From: the human T2T-CHM13v2.0 reference genome, Homo sapiens | Direction: 5' to 3' (one strand) | DNA: 64,000 nucleotides | Assembly (NCBI RefSeq): GCF_009914755.1 | Contig: NC_060947.1 | Part shown: positions 1-17,574 of the stretch, piece by piece | Position numbering within the stretch: the first letter of the stretch is position 1 | How the letters are laid out: the number at the start of each line of letters is the position of its first letter | The notes under the pieces: model-generated | What the model saw: only the letters and a program-made list of their open reading frames with translations | The model's database searches: none | What the model was told of the DNA's origin: nothing | Program-made: the position numbers and the translations under genes

Positions 1-1
1 G

Positions 2-17
2 AAAAAAAAAAAAAAAG
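2..17 (+). repeat. Poly(A) run at the window edge, possibly the tail of an upstream retroelement
   Basis: 16 consecutive A; upstream context is outside the window. Confidence 0.5.
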
Positions 18-2199
18 CATGTTTCCTCTTTCAGACATCAAATATTATCATCTAATTTTATAGTTTTTAATAGCCAGGTAGAATCAGAAAATCATTACAA
101 AATAAATTTGATGCTGTTATTCCCATATAAACTAGAGGAAGGTCAGTTTCTATTGCTTTAGTCTTGTCCTGTGTGATTATAAGGATTTTTAAAACTTAAG
201 ATAAATTTAATTATGATACCTTGTTATTGTGATAAAACCTAAGCTCCTTCTGAAAAAAAGCAAATACAGACATATTCTTGGAAGTTATTAAATGTAATCT
301 TGGCCAACAATTATGGCATTGCTGAAATGTTCTTCAAAGTTACGATCTGAGGGGAAGTATGCAGAATACTCAGACTTTAGAGTTTTCTTGAAGCTCATGA
401 TGTAATCTTTATCTATAAATTAGGAAATGATGAAATTCCATTGTGTATCGATTCAGATACATAGTGGTATAATATCCCTAAATGTGTATTTAAAAAGCTA
501 TCTGGGTTTTGTAATTGGAATAGCTCCTTCTCCTTCAAATTTTGTATATTTTCCTCAGGAGTTGTCAAACTGTTAATTTTCCCTCTAGCTTCAATTTGAA
601 AGCTATTCCAGTCTCACCAATCACCAGAAGTCTCACTGTCTCAGGGAGGACAGTCTGCTCACAAGTCTCCCCAATGGCTTTATGAAATCCTCATAATGTT
701 TTGAAAGAAAACAAATTGCTGGACTAATAACTAAATGACAATCTCTATAAACTATAACATATAGTTATTTCTTCAAGGCTACGTGCTCCATTTTCAGTGA
801 CATAAGCGCAGTCTCAATTTTACGGTACTTGGGGCTGCTTCGTTTACTCGGCTAACTTACAAATTAAGAGAAAAAAAGGTTCACAATTGTCTTGCTAAAA
901 TCAGATAACATCTATAAAAGGTATTTTTGAGACATTGGCTTTTTGTAAACAAGTTAAAATTTAAATGGACCAGGGCCATGCCACCAGAAAACGCAGCCAC
1001 ATACTTCCTTACCTGTCCTTCTTAGGAAGGCCCCATTTGAGTTTGCTAGCAGTGTAAATTGCTCCCTATTAACTGCCGTTGTTATTTTTCCAAAATAAAT
1101 AATATTTATTAAATATAGGGGCAATAAATAAACTGTTCATAATTATTTTTTTCCACCGAGGCTTCCTTTCCAAATGGTCCAAATGGCATGGCTCAGCTCT
1201 GACTCTTGTGTTGGCAGAGCTGTCATGCTTTCCAAAGTGCCCTGCCAACTTGTTTGTGTTTACATGTGCTTTTATTTCTTTGAGACTTGTAGAATAGCAA
1301 TTAGGCAATTCCAGGTGGTGTGGTTACCAAAAGATAATCTCATTTTGGAGACACTAGATTCTTTACACACACTGAGGCTTTGTAATTCTCAGGGGTATAA
1401 TTATTTTATTCTTGCTCTTCTTCATGCCGTGTCAATATCCCCTTCTGTTTTCATAATACTAAGTTACAGATTCTTTAATCTATTTCTCCAATTATGTTCA
1501 TTCAACCATATAATCATTCTAAGAGGAGTGTCAGAAAACAACAACTACAAAACCCAACACAACATTGTACTGGACCAACATGCTGGGTTTATTCAACATT
1601 TAATTGCAGTATGTGTTACAGTTTCCAGTAATTCATTGTTTTTGGAAAACTAACAGGGAAATTTGTAGACATCCAGAATCTAGAGAGATCATATTTGGCA
1701 GGCAGTAGGCAAATCTCATTTTTCTCCATATTTTCAATTCATCCTATTCCATGCATCCCCTTACATTTAATACAGAGCATGGGCTAGGGTAGGTACACAG
1801 TAACTGTTTTATATTGCAAGTGTTTGCAATCCGCTAATGTAATACAGCAATGCCTGAAATAGTAACTCTCAAGCCTAAATGTCAATTCTATTCAGAAATA
1901 TTTTCAAATGAGTCTCCTTTTTTAATGAGTGCTTCCTACACAATATTTCATGATACCATGGCATACCATGAAATATTAATGGATAGACTATAAAAAAGAA
2001 AGCCCCATGCTTACTCAAGTAACCTATGCGCAAATGTAGCAACCTGAAATGAGTGCTTATAAACAGCATAATACTGGCCCTCATTAAAGTCTGAAGCAAG
2101 GAAATGTGGTAGTTAGTGTCTCCAGACTGCATTTTCTGCAGTCAGTGATTTCCTCTCACTCAGGTTTCCAGAACTCTCATGCTACATGTCTCTTTTTTC

Positions 2200-2376
2200 T
2201 GTGTTCTCACAGCACTCTGTGCCTGTTTCTACCAGGGCACTTGTCACACAATAGAACACTGATTTACTTTTTCTTCTTTCCACTATATTGTATCCTGGCA
2301 CCTAGAACAGTGGGTGATACAAAGAAACGTTACAGAGGAGTTTCTCAAGGAATGTTTGTTAATGAATGAATGAATC
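2200..2376 (+). mobile_element. LINE-2 3' end relic
   Basis: cctggcacctagaacagtg...atgtttgttaatgaatgaatgaat resembles the L2 3' terminus with its (GAAT)n tail. Confidence 0.55.
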
Positions 2377-4204
2377 AAAGTAGCCTTTTAGGTAGGTCAT
2401 CAGCAAGGGCATGACATAATAAATTTTTTATTAAAGTAGTTTCTTAATTTTGTTTCTAAAATCACGACATATTGCATGAACAACTTCTTATACCTAAGTT
2501 TCATTTGCTACAAGTACCTTGAGAATTGTGTTTGAGTGGAGTAGCAGTGTGGAGTAGGTGTAGTATTCCTCCTTGTCAAAGAGTTTATAGTCATAAATGG
2601 AATGGAGATGAAGCCTTTCCTGGAAGTGAAAGACAGGTACAGAAGTGGAGAAATATGACTGATTTGAAAACTGGAGGAAAGGCATAGTTCATTCTTCTCC
2701 TGATGGACATGAAGATGTATCAGACTCAATTTACTAGTTAGGTTAGAAGGAAACCTTGCAAGGCAGTGCTTTGTAGCTAAGTATTCTCACTCACTTGTGT
2801 TAATTAATTTCTCTGAATTATCACTTTTTATTCTCTTTGTAATGAAATAATAAGTATTTGGAGACCGACTGAGCTGAAAAAGAGAGAGATCACAAGCTTA
2901 GTTGCAGTGACACCTTTTGCCTCTCCATAAAAGTGAAACTGGCTGACAAAATGGAGAGCCTGGGACATCAGGGACAGGAGACCAAACAGCGCAGCAAGTA
3001 TGCAGACAAGACGGCTGCTTTTGGTAATTAAAGATGGCCTGGTTAATACCGGGAGGTAACAAAGATGGCATGCTTAGTTATTTTATGTTTGCCTAAAATA
3101 TTAAAAACTCTCAATATTTTTTCCCTGTAATCTCATAGGCTATCAATACTTTCTTGACAAATGTGGTCTTGTCTTTAGGCCTAAGTTTAGCTTTAAAATC
3201 AGATAGAAACATGGTTCTTTTATTTACCAGTCTGTTTCCTGGAATGGGTCCCTAATTTTAAATCTCCAATCCTTGCATTTCTGTTCCCCTTGTGAGAGCT
3301 CAATTCTCACTGTTGTCAGTGGAAGCAGTTGCTCTGTGTGGTGCAACGAGCCTGATGGATGGCTTTAATTTGCTAGTCCCAGACTGCCTTTACAATTGCT
3401 TAGGTCCTGGAGAGAGCTGGTCACCCCAGGCAGCAATCACTACCTCTGTGTTTCAACACCCGTCTCAACACCCTAAGTGTATGAGGATTGGTGCCAAAGA
3501 GAAGATACAGAAATAGATATTTCTTATGATTTTTTCAATACTGAGGGCTAACAGAGTGGGAGAAAATGTCTAGAGGCAGTTGCATCACATAACAATTAAC
3601 CACAGTCTGCTATTTGCCACCATTTTCAGCCATGATGAAATAGAGGCTGTCTTCTCATCATGAGAGTGACATCAGACACAAAATGCAGACAACTCTTTAT
3701 CAAATTTAAGGTTAGGACAAAAGTTAATTTGGATACACAGAGTGGGGTATTTCCTTCAAAAAAAGTTTCTATGCTACATAATTTATTTACTGTCTTGTCC
3801 TATTTAAATTCTTCCTCTTCATTCCTATTGCTCTTTGTTAATTAATTTACTTACATGTATTATGTTAATAATTGCTATATACACCGTTATTGGACCCTTA
3901 TAAACTTGCCAGGAAAATAACCACTGGCTATAACCAGCGTAATACAGGGCAGAACCCTTATTCTTTCTAAGCTTTGACTTCTGTATTTGCCAAATGATTG
4001 GATTAGTTAAGAGGGATAGCCTACTCTTTAAGATGAGTTTATCAAACTACCTCCTTGTTGTGTAATTGTGCAATACAACTTAGCTTTTAAGGAGATGAGA
4101 GATTTATTATTTAACAGGGGTGTGGAAATTGAGGGCAATTAATGACCAAACCAGGACATTGCTTATTATAAATGTGATCATCATAACCAGGTTATGTGGA
4201 GAAC

Positions 4205-4350
4205 TTCATAGTTTATGAACAATGTTCACATCTATTATTTCATTGAATCATCATAGGAACACGATGAGAAAATTTGGTCAGGGATTTATATTATCTTCAT
4301 TTTACAGCACAACACAGAGATGAAAAAGATAAGTCACAGGATTTGGAATC
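4205..4350 (-). mobile_element. MIR SINE relic
   Basis: attatcttcattttacag...acagaga resembles the reverse-complement MIR core. Confidence 0.45.
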
Positions 4351-4798
4351 AATATTTAGAGGATTTTAGTCCCTTTACTGTTTCTAGCAATTACACTGTG
4401 CTTTACTAAGAGCCTAACTTATATGTGTGGGTATATTTGCACTAGGAAGAATCTGGACAAAGAACAAATTGGAGAATTCAGAGAGCTATTTCAGGAATTT
4501 TCTACTAGACCTTCTCTGGTTCAAAGTAGTTGGCATTGCACAACTTCAGGCTCAGCAAACTCTTTAACATACCTGACTATAGGACAGGGAACTTTCAGTA
4601 GCTACAGGCCAACATTTTGTGCCTATTATGTTGCCTTTACTATTGTGCTAGACTTGACCTCCTGCCACAGTTATAACTGGGTCTTGTTCCTGGAACTCAG
4701 CCACTCCTATTAATCTCTTTTTGATTATCAGATCCTTGTCCTCTTATACTTAAGTTCCTGTTCTGTAATGTTTCAAGCACTTCCTAGACCCTCTAGGA

Positions 4799-4983
4799 CA
4801 GGAGTCAGCCTAATTTTATGAATAACCAGTTTTGGATCACAACTATGCCCACTGTTTTGTGTATTTTCTCTGGCTGCTTTTGTGCCATGAATTCAGAGTT
4901 GAGTAGTTGGACATAGACTATGTGGCCTGGAAAACCTAAAAGATTTGTTGTCTGGCCTTTCACAGAGAGTTTGCTAACCCCTG
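4799..4983. mobile_element. MER58A-like hAT-Charlie MITE, internally deleted
   Basis: TIRs caggagtcagc / gctaacccctg; body cagagttgagtagttg...ctggcctttcacagagagtttgc; degenerate 8-bp hAT TSD ctctagga (4791-4798) / tcctagga (4984-4991). Confidence 0.8.
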
Positions 4984-7657
4984 TCCTAGGACCATACTTA
5001 TACTTGCTTAAGACTTCTGACATTGAAGTCTCATCTTGAACCAAGCACAATGGCTAGCATCCTATAGCTTGAAAAGAGATTTCATTTGTATCTGTATGCT
5101 GCCTTGCCTGCCATAACTAATATGTATTATTTATCCCTGTATTTCAACTACCTCCATTTGACCTTGCTTTATCAAATAATGCTGGTGTCCCTCTTCTGGG
5201 GCTCACTGCTTTCCTGGGAGAGTATCTGTATTTTTTTCCCCACTATCTGTATTTTTAAATACTCTTTAAATAAGTTATTCTTGTAGAGTTAGAGTCCCAT
5301 ACCCTGCATCTTTGTCTATTATATCCCCTCAAATCTCCACTATTCAGTGTCCTGAATGTCTCATTGAATCCATTTCCAAGCCTGTCTTCTTCTTGTCTGC
5401 CCATTACAATTGATTTCAGCTATATTAAAACTTTCCTGAGCCACATGCCCTAGGAAGAATCTTGTAGGAAACAGGACAGATTGAAGTTAATTTGGAAAAA
5501 GTTCTTCCTAAGCTGTCACACTAGTGTCTTTCCAATAGATATATAGGACCAATATGGCAATTTCTTGGGACCACAGGACATGTAGATTCACCTGTAACTC
5601 AAAAGAATCCAGTTAAGCAGTCAAATTTAAGAAATACAAAGAACCCCTGCAAGAGCCTACAGAAGTAGATTATCCCTAAGACACAATCATCAGACTTTCC
5701 AAGGTTGAAGTGAAAGAAATAATATTAAAGATAGCTAGAGAGATAGAGCAGGTCAACTACAAAGGAAAGCCCATGAGGCTAACAGTGGACTGCTCAGCGG
5801 AAACCTCACAAGCTAGAAGAAATTGAGGGCCTATATTCAACATTTTTAACGAAAAAAATTTTCAACCAAGAATTTTATAGCCAGCCAAACTAAGCTTTGT
5901 CTGCAAAGGAGAAATAAAATACTTTTCAGATAAGCAAATGCCAAAGGAGTTCATTACCACCCAACCTGCCTTACAAGAGATCTTGAAAGGAATATGAAAA
6001 GGAAAAACCATTACCAGCCAATATGAAAACACACTTAAGTACACAGACCAGTGACACTATAAAGCAACCACACAAAGAAGCCTGCATAATAACCATCTAA
6101 CAACAAAGTGACAGGATCAGATCTACACATATTAATACTACCTTTCAATGTAAACTAGAAAAGTGCCCCAATTAAAAGGCACAGAGTGGCAAGCTGGATA
6201 AAGAAGCAAGACCTAATGGTATGCTGTCTTCATGAGATGCATCTCACGTGCAATGACACTCATAGGCTCAAAATAAAGGGATAGAGAAAAATCTACCAAG
6301 CAAATGAAAATGATAGAAAAAACAAGGGTTGCAATCCTAATTTCAAATAAAACATACTTTAAATGAACAAAGATCAAAAAAGACAAAGGAGGGCATTACA
6401 TAATAGTAAAATGTTCAATTTAACAAGAAGACTTAACTATCCCAAGTATATATGCACCCAATGCAGGAGCACCCAGATTCAAAAAACAAGTTCTTAGAGA
6501 CCTAAACAAGATACAGACTCCCACACAATAATACTTGGAGATGTCAACACTCCACTTACAGTATCAGACAAATTATTGAGGCAGAAAATTAACAAAGATA
6601 TTTAGGGCCTAAAATCAACATTTGACAAAATGAATCTAATAAACCTCTACAGAACTCTCCACCCCAAACCAACAGAATATACATTCTTCTCATTGCTTCA
6701 TGGCATATACTCTAAACTTGACCACACCGTCAGACATAAAACAATCCTCAGCAAATACAAAAGGACCAAAATTATACCAAACATATTCTCAGACCATAGT
6801 ACAATAAAAATAGAAATCAAGACTTAAAAAATTGCTAAAAACCATGCAATTACACAGAAATTGAACAACTTGTTCCAGAATGACTTTTGGGTAAATAATG
6901 AAATTAAAGCAGAAATCAATAATTTTATTGAAGCTAATAAAAACAAAGACACAACATACCAGAATCTCTGGTACACAGATAAGGCAATGTTAGAAGATAA
7001 ATTTGTAGCAATAAATACTCACATGAAAAGTTAGAAAGATCTCAAATTGACAACCTAACATCACAACTGAAAGAACTAGAGAGGCAAGAGCAAACCAGCC
7101 TCAAAGGTAGCAGAAGAGAAGACATAACCAAAATCAGAGCTGAACTGAAGGAGATCGAGACCGAAAAAAACCATTCAAAAGATCAACAAATCTAGGAGTT
7201 GGTTTTCTGAAAAAATTAATAAGATAGGCCACTCAATTAACAAAGAAGAAAAGAAGAAGATCCAAATAAACACAATCAGAAATGACAAAGGAGATGTTAC
7301 CACTGACCCTAAAGAAACACAAATAACCATCAAAGACTATTATGAACCCCTCTGTGAACACATAATGGAAAACCTAGAAGTGATGGATGAATTCCTGGCC
7401 ACATACACCCTCCAAAGACTGAAGCAGAAAGAATTTGGTTCCCTGAACAGACAAATAATGAGCTCTGAAGTTGAACTAATAATAAATAACATAAGAGAAA
7501 AACCCAGGACCAGATGAATTAACAGCTAAATTCTACCAGATATACAAAGAAGAGTTAGCACCATTTCTACTAAAACTATTCCAAAAGACTGTGGAGGAGA
7601 GATTCCTCCCCAGTTTATCCTGTGAGACCAGCATCATCCTTATATCAAAACCTGGTA

Positions 7658-7941
7658 GGCACTTTGGGAGGCCAAGGTGGCCGGATCACCTGATATCAGG
7701 AGTTCAAGACCAGCCTGGCCAACATGGTGAAACCCTGTCTCTACTAAAAATACAAGAATTTAGCCATGTGTGATGGCATGTGCCTGTAGTCCCAGCTACT
7801 CTGGAGGCTGAGGCAGGAGAATCACTTTAACCCAGGAGGCGGAGGTTGCAGTGAGCTGAGATTGCACCACTGCACTCCAGCTCTGGGCAACAGAGTGAGA
7901 CTTCATCTCAAAAACAAAAACAAAAAATGAAAACAAAAACA
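7658..7941 (+). mobile_element. AluS (Sx-like), about 30 nt 5'-truncated, inserted in L1 ORF2
   Basis: Starts at gcactttgggaggcc; dimeric body; (A4-5C)n tail; 13-bp TSD aaaacctggtagg at 7647-7659 and 7942-7954. Confidence 0.95.
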
Positions 7942-9616
7942 AAAACCTGGTAGGGACAACACAAAAAAGAAAACATCAGGCTAATATTCTTGATAAAACT
8001 TGATGCAACAATCCTCAACAAAATACTTGCAAACTGAATCTAGTAGCACATCAAAAAGTGAATTCACCATGATCAAGGAGGTTTTCCTCCTGGGATGCAA
8101 GTTTGGTTCAACATATACAAATCAATAAATGTGATCCATCATATAAGCAGAACACAAAAATCACATAATTATCTCAATAAATGCAAAAAAGTCTTCTGAT
8201 AAAATTCACTATTGTTTTATGTTAAAAATGCTCAACAAACTAGGTATTGCATAAACATACCTCAAAATAAGAGCCATCTGTGACAAACCCACAGCCAAAA
8301 TCATACCAAGTGAACAAAAGCTGGAAGCATTCCCCTTGAAAACTGGCACAAGTCAAGGATGCCCTCTCTTATCACTCCTAGTCAACATGGTATTGGAAGT
8401 CCTGGCCAGAGAAATCAGGCAAGAGAAAGAAACAAAGGGAATCTAAATAGGAAGATAAAAAGTGAAATTATGTCTGTTTGCAGATGACATGATTCTATAT
8501 CTACAAAATTCCAGAGTCTAAGACCAAAAGTTCCTTCATCTGATAAACAACTTCAGCAAAATTTCAGGATACAAAATCAACATAAAAATTATTAGCATCC
8601 GTATACATCAGGAACAGCCAAGCCAAAAGCCAGAGATCAGGAATGCAATGTCACTCAAAATTGCCACAAAAACAATAAAATACCTAGGCATACACACTAA
8701 CAAGAAAGGTGAAATAGCTCTACAATTATAAACAATGCTCAAAGAAATTTCGGATGACACAAATAAATAGAAAAGCATTCCATATTCATGGATACAGAGA
8801 ATCAATATTATTATCATGACCATACTGCCCAAAGCAATTATAAACATTCTTCATAGAATTAGAAAACACTATTTTAATATTCATATGGAACCAAAAAGGA
8901 GCCTGAATAGCCAAGGCAATCCTATAGAATAACAGCAAAGCAGAAGACATGCTGCTGCCCAACTTCAAACTATATTACAGGGCTACAATAACCAAATGGT
9001 AGTGGTACAAAAACAGACACATGGACAAATGGAACAGAATTGGCAGCCCAGATGTAAGACCACAGACTTAACAATCATATGATCTTTGACAAAGCTGACA
9101 AAAACAAACAATGAGGAAAGGATTCCCTATTCCATAAATGGTGCTGGGTTAACTGGTTAGCCATATGCAGAAGATTAAAACTGTACCCCTTTCTTACACA
9201 ATTTACCAAAGTCAACTCAAGATGCATTAAAGACTTAAATGTAAAATCTAAAACTATATAAAGATTGGAAGGCAACCTAGGTAACACCATTCTGGACATA
9301 GGAGCTGGCAAAGATTTCATAACAAAATGCCAAAAGCAATGGCAGCAAAAGCAAAAATTGAAAAATTGGATCTAATTGAACAAAAGAGCTTCTGTGCAGC
9401 AAAAGAAACTATCAACAGAGTAAACAGAAAACCTACAGAATGGGAGAAAACATTTTCAAACTCTATATTTGACAAGGGTCTAACATCCAGCATCTATAAG
9501 GATTTTAAATTTACAAGAATAAAACAAGCAACTGCATTAAAAAAGTGGGCAAAGAAGTGAACAGACACTTTTGCAAAGAAGACTCACGTGTGGCCAACAA
9601 GCATATGAAAAAAAGC

Positions 9617-10135
9617 CCCTGTGTTTGGTGCTCCCAAAGTAATATAAATAATTCTGTCATAAAGACACATGCACGCATATGTTCATTGTGGCACTATTCA
9701 CAATAGCAAAGACATGGAATCAACAAAAATGCCCATCAATGGTAGACTGGATAAAGAAAATGTGGTACATATACACCATGGAATACTATACAGTCATAAA
9801 AAATGAGATCATGTCCTTTATAGGGACATGAATGGAGCTGGAGGCCATCATCTTCAGCAAACTAACACAGAACAGAAAACCAATTACTGCATGTTCTCAC
9901 TTATAAGAGCGAGCTAAATGATGAGAACACATGGATACATAGAGGGGATCAGCACTCACTGGGGCTTTTCAGAGTGTGGAGGGTGGAAGGAGATAGGCTC
10001 AGAAAAAATAACTAATGGGTATTAGGTTTAATTCCTAGATGAGGGAATAATCTGTACCACAAACCCCCATGACGCAAGTTTACCTATATAACAAACCTGC
10101 ACTTGTACCCCTGAACTTAAAATAAAAGTTAAAAA
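9617..10135 (+). mobile_element. Second, short L1 3' end (L1PA13-like) nested in the host L1
   Basis: Host ORF2 breaks at gaaaaaaagc (9616) and resumes at ctgatcactagagaaatgc (~10469); the intervening DNA is a complete L1 3'UTR ending aataaaagttaaaaa. Confidence 0.8.
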
Positions 10136-10148
10136 TAGTAAGAGCTAG

Positions 10149-10472
<324 letters not shown>

Positions 10473-10664
10473 TCACTAGAGAAATGCAAATGAAAACCAC
10501 AATGAGATATCATATCACACCAATCAGAGTGGCTATTCCTAAAAACTCAAAAAATGACAAATGCTAATTAGGTTGCATAGAAAAGGGAACACATACACTT
10601 TTCATGAGAGTGTAAATTAGTCTAACCATTGTGGAAAAACATTGTGGCAGTTCTTCAAAGAGCT

Positions 10665-12923
10665 TGATATGGTTTGGTTTTGTGTACCCACCCAAATCTC
10701 ATCATGAATTGTAATCTCCAGATGATGAGGAAAGAACCTGGTGGGAGGTGATTGGATCATGGAGGTGGGTTCCTCATGCTGTTCTTATGACAGTGAGTGG
10801 GTTCTCACAAGATCCAATGGCTTTATAAGTGTTTGGTAGTTCCTCTCTTGCTCTCTGTCTTTTCTGCCACCTTGTGAAGAAGGTGCAGGCTTTCCCTCCT
10901 GCCATGATTGTAAGTATCCTGAGGTCTCCCTAATCATGTGGAATTATGAGTCAATTAAACCTTTCTTTTATGAATTACCCAGTCGCAGGTGTTTCTTTGT
11001 AGCAGTGTGAGAATGGACTAATACAGGAAATTGCTACCGGGAATGAGGCACTACCATAAGGATACTTGAAAATGTGGAAGCAGCTTTGGAACTGGGTAAC
11101 AGGCAGAGGTCAGAGCATTTTCAAGGGCTCAGAAGAAGACAGGATGATGTGGTGGGAAAGTTGGGAACTTCCTAGAGAATTGTTGAATGGCATTGACCAA
11201 AATGCTGATAGTGATAGGAACACTATTCCTATCACTAGTGACAGGAAATTATTTGGAACTGAAGTAAAGGTCACTCTTGCTATGCTTCAGCAAAGACACT
11301 GGCAGCATTTTGCCCTTGCCTTAGAAATTTGTGGAAATTTGAACTTGAGAGAGATAATTTAGGGTATCTGGCAGAAAAAATTTATAAGCAGGAAAGCATT
11401 CAAGAGGTGACAGAGCATAAAAGTTTGGAAAATTTGCAGCCTGGCCATATGCCTGTATGCAATAGAAAAGAAAAGCCCATTTTCTGGGGAGAAATTCAAG
11501 TCAGCTGCAGACATTTGCATAAGTAATAAGGAGTAAAATGTTAATCACCAAGACAATGGGGAAAATGTCTCCAGAGTATGTCAGAGACCTTCATGGCAGC
11601 CACTCCCATCACAGGCCCAGAGGCATAGAAGGGAAAAATGGTTCTTGGGCTGGGCCCAAAACCCCACTGCTTTGTGCAGCCTTGGGACTTGGCGCCCTGT
11701 GTCTCAGCCACTCCAGCTTCAGTCTTGGCTAAAAGGGGCCAAGGTGCAGCTTGGCCTGTTGCTTCAGATGGTGCAAGCCCCAAGCCTTGGTGGCTTACAC
11801 GTGGTGTTGGGCTTGAGGGTGCATGGAATTTAAAAACTGATGCTTGAAAACTGCTGCCTAGATTTTAGAGGATGTATGAAAATGCCTGGATTTCCAGGCA
11901 TGAGTTTGCAGCAGGGACACAGCCCTCTTGGAGAACCTCTCCTAGAGCAGTGTGGAAGGGAAATGTGGGATTAGAGCCACCACACAGAGTCCTCACTGGG
12001 GCACTGCCTAGTGGAGCTGAGAAAAGGGCCACTGTCCTCCAGACCCCAGAATTGTAGCTCCACCAACAGCTTTCACCTTTCATCTGGAAAAGCCACAGGC
12101 AAATGACACCAGCCAATTAAAGTGACCAAAGGGGCTGTACCCTGCAAAGCCACAGGGGTGGAGCTGCCTAAAGACTTAAAAGGCCACCCATTGCATCAGC
12201 ATATCCTGGATGTGAGATACGGAGTCAAAAGAGGTTATTTTGGAGCTTTAAAACATAATGACAGCTCCACTGGATTCTGGACTTGCATGGGGCCTGTAGC
12301 CCTTTTGGCCAATTTCTCCAATTTGGAATGGGAACATTTAGCCAATGCCTGTACCCTCATTGCATCTTGGAAGGAACTAACTTGTCTTTGATTTTATAGG
12401 CTCACAGGTGGAAGGGACTTGACTTGTCTCAGACGAGACTATGGACTTGGTCTTTGGGTTAATGCTGAAATGAGTTAAGGCTTTTGTGGACTGTTGGGAA
12501 GGCATTATTGGTTTTGAAATGTGAAACGGACATGAGATTTCAAAGGAGCCAGGGATGGAATAATACGGTCTGGCATTGTGTCCCGTCTAAATCTCATCTC
12601 AAATTGTAATGCCTAGGTCTTGAGAAAGGGACCTGGTGGGAGGTGACTGGATCATGGGGCCAGTTTCCCCATGCTGTTTTCATGACAGTGAGTGAGATCT
12701 CATGAGATCTGATTCCTTTTTAAGTATTTGGTAGTTTATCTCTTGCTCTCTCTGTCTTTCCTGCCACCTTGTGAAGAAGGTGCCTGCTTCTCTTCTGTCA
12801 TGATTGTATGTTTCCTGAGGCCTTCTTAGGCATGAGTAGCTGTGAGTCAATTAAACGTCCTTTGCTAATAAATTACCCAGTCTTGAGCAGTTCTTTATAG
12901 CAGTGTAAAAGTGGTCTAATGCA
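10665..12923 (+). mobile_element. Two-LTR MaLR provirus (THE1D-like): 5'LTR 10665-11025, internal 11026-12560, 3'LTR 12561-12923
   Basis: LTR termini tgatatggtttgg...gactaataca; decayed MaLR ORF peptide (WKFELERDNLGYLAEKIYKQESIQEV); perfect 5-bp TSD gagct at 10660-10664 and 12924-12928. Confidence 0.93.
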
Positions 12924-13494
12924 GAGCTAAAAACAGAACTACCACTTGACTTATCAGTCTCACTACTGGGCATATACCCAAAGGAATATAAATCATTCCA
13001 CCATAAAGACACATGTACACATATGTTCATTGTAGCACTTTTTGCAACAGCAAAGACATGGAATCAACCAGAATGTCCATCAGTTGTAGACTGGATTTAA
13101 AGAATGTGGTAGATACATACTATGGAATACCACACAGTCATAAAAAAGAACAAGATCATTTTTTTTGCATGAACATGAATGGAGCTGGGGGCCATCATCC
13201 TTAGCAAACTAACAGATGAACAGAAAATCATATACCGACTGTTCTTACTCATAAGTAGGACACACATGGACACAAAGAAGGAAACAACAGACACTTAAGA
13301 ATGGAGGGCAGAAAGAGTGATAGGAACAGAAAAGAACAAAACTTAGTACCAGGATGAGGAAATAACCTGTACAACAAACCCCGTAACAGGAATATACTTA
13401 TATAACAAATTTGCTTATATACCCCTGGACCTAAAACAAAAGTTAAAAAAGAAACAAATCCAGTAAAAATTGGCATATAAAAATGCAAGGGCCT

Positions 13495-16204
<2,710 letters not shown>

Positions 16205-17574
16205 GGCCTGATTATCATCAATGCTATAAATACCTGTATTCAGTTTTGGCCTATATTCAGGGATAAATATCAATCTCCACCTTTTATCCTCCCCCTCATT
16301 ATTCCTTAGAATGGAATTTGATGAATTATCACACAGGATCAACAAGCAGCAACTAAAAGCTCTGTACTGAAAATAAAGAAGCTCCGTAGCTTAGGATTCA
16401 AAGTGTGATTTGAGTTTTAAAGTTTTCAGCAACCTCAAACATCTTAGTAATTTTGTGTGAAGCATATTTGTATTCTTGTAGAAATTTAGACAATGAAATG
16501 ATTATGTAGTTTATGTAGTAGACAATCTTGCATTTACCAGCAACAGAGTATTCCCAAAGCCCTCAAATCAAATTGGTTGATTGAAAAACTAGTACATTTG
16601 TTCCATTGCCCCATTAGATATTACTAAATACATGATCACCATCTCACCAAGTCTGATTCTGTAGTGGTTTACCTGCTGGCGGCATCACATAAACAGATGA
16701 CATGTTTCCTCAGGGTGGAAAGTGTTTTCACTAAGATAAACATAGTATTCTCATCTACTTTATGCAAGTATTTACACAAGGACCTGCTAGAGAGATTCAG
16801 TGTATAGGTCTTTGTTCTTATCACTGAGCTATAATTAAAATCTAGTAGTATTTCTGAATATTTGTATTGTTTAAAATGGATTAAAATGTAGAAATACTCC
16901 CTTTCCCACATATAACTTTTTGTTATATTTTATTGAAGAAAAAATTGTGATGGTCTGTAAAGCAGAATAATGTATTATCTAAGTAAGAATAATGTATCTG
17001 TTTAATTTTTTAATTTTATAGAAAATTTAGGCAAACTGAAAGGAGGTTAAAATATAATTTGTGAAGAATTGACCAGAAAGATTGGCAGCATTAACATTGC
17101 TGAACGTTTCTCTGACCTTAAACATCATGCTGGGGTGGATCTGAGCTCAGTGAAATCTTCTTGAACAAAATTCCTGAAAACTTTCATTATGTAAAAATCT
17201 TTCTCAACAACTAAGCGTACATTTCTCCCTCCTATAGAATATTTTGGAAATGTTGAGCAAAGATGGAAAAGAAAATGACAGGCATTGGGATTGGCTACTC
17301 ATCAAACACTTCTATATATTTGGCTCTGAGTTGTATAGAATTTGATTTGTGGTTGTTCTCACAATGAGGTGCTTTCCCCCAGAGAGCATCTGGGAGCAAT
17401 GCACCACTTAACACTTGAAGAAGATTGACTGACAATCAGGCTTCGATTCTTTACAAATATTGTATTTGTTTGAAAATAGCTAGATAGCAAGAATTAGTAG
17501 CACACTCATTTTTTTCCATTTTCAGATTGTAGAATGTTATTAAATATTAGAGGAAATTTGGAGATTAATTATTT

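Noticed and set aside
1174-1653. 159-aa ORF in unique DNA
   Set aside because: No recognisable domain; Leu/Phe/Ile/Cys-rich composition typical of chance ORFs in AT-rich DNA; no convincing splice or promoter context.
2860-3080. Possible conserved non-coding element or enhancer (slightly CpG-richer, TAATTA motifs)
   Set aside because: Cannot be supported without conservation or chromatin data.
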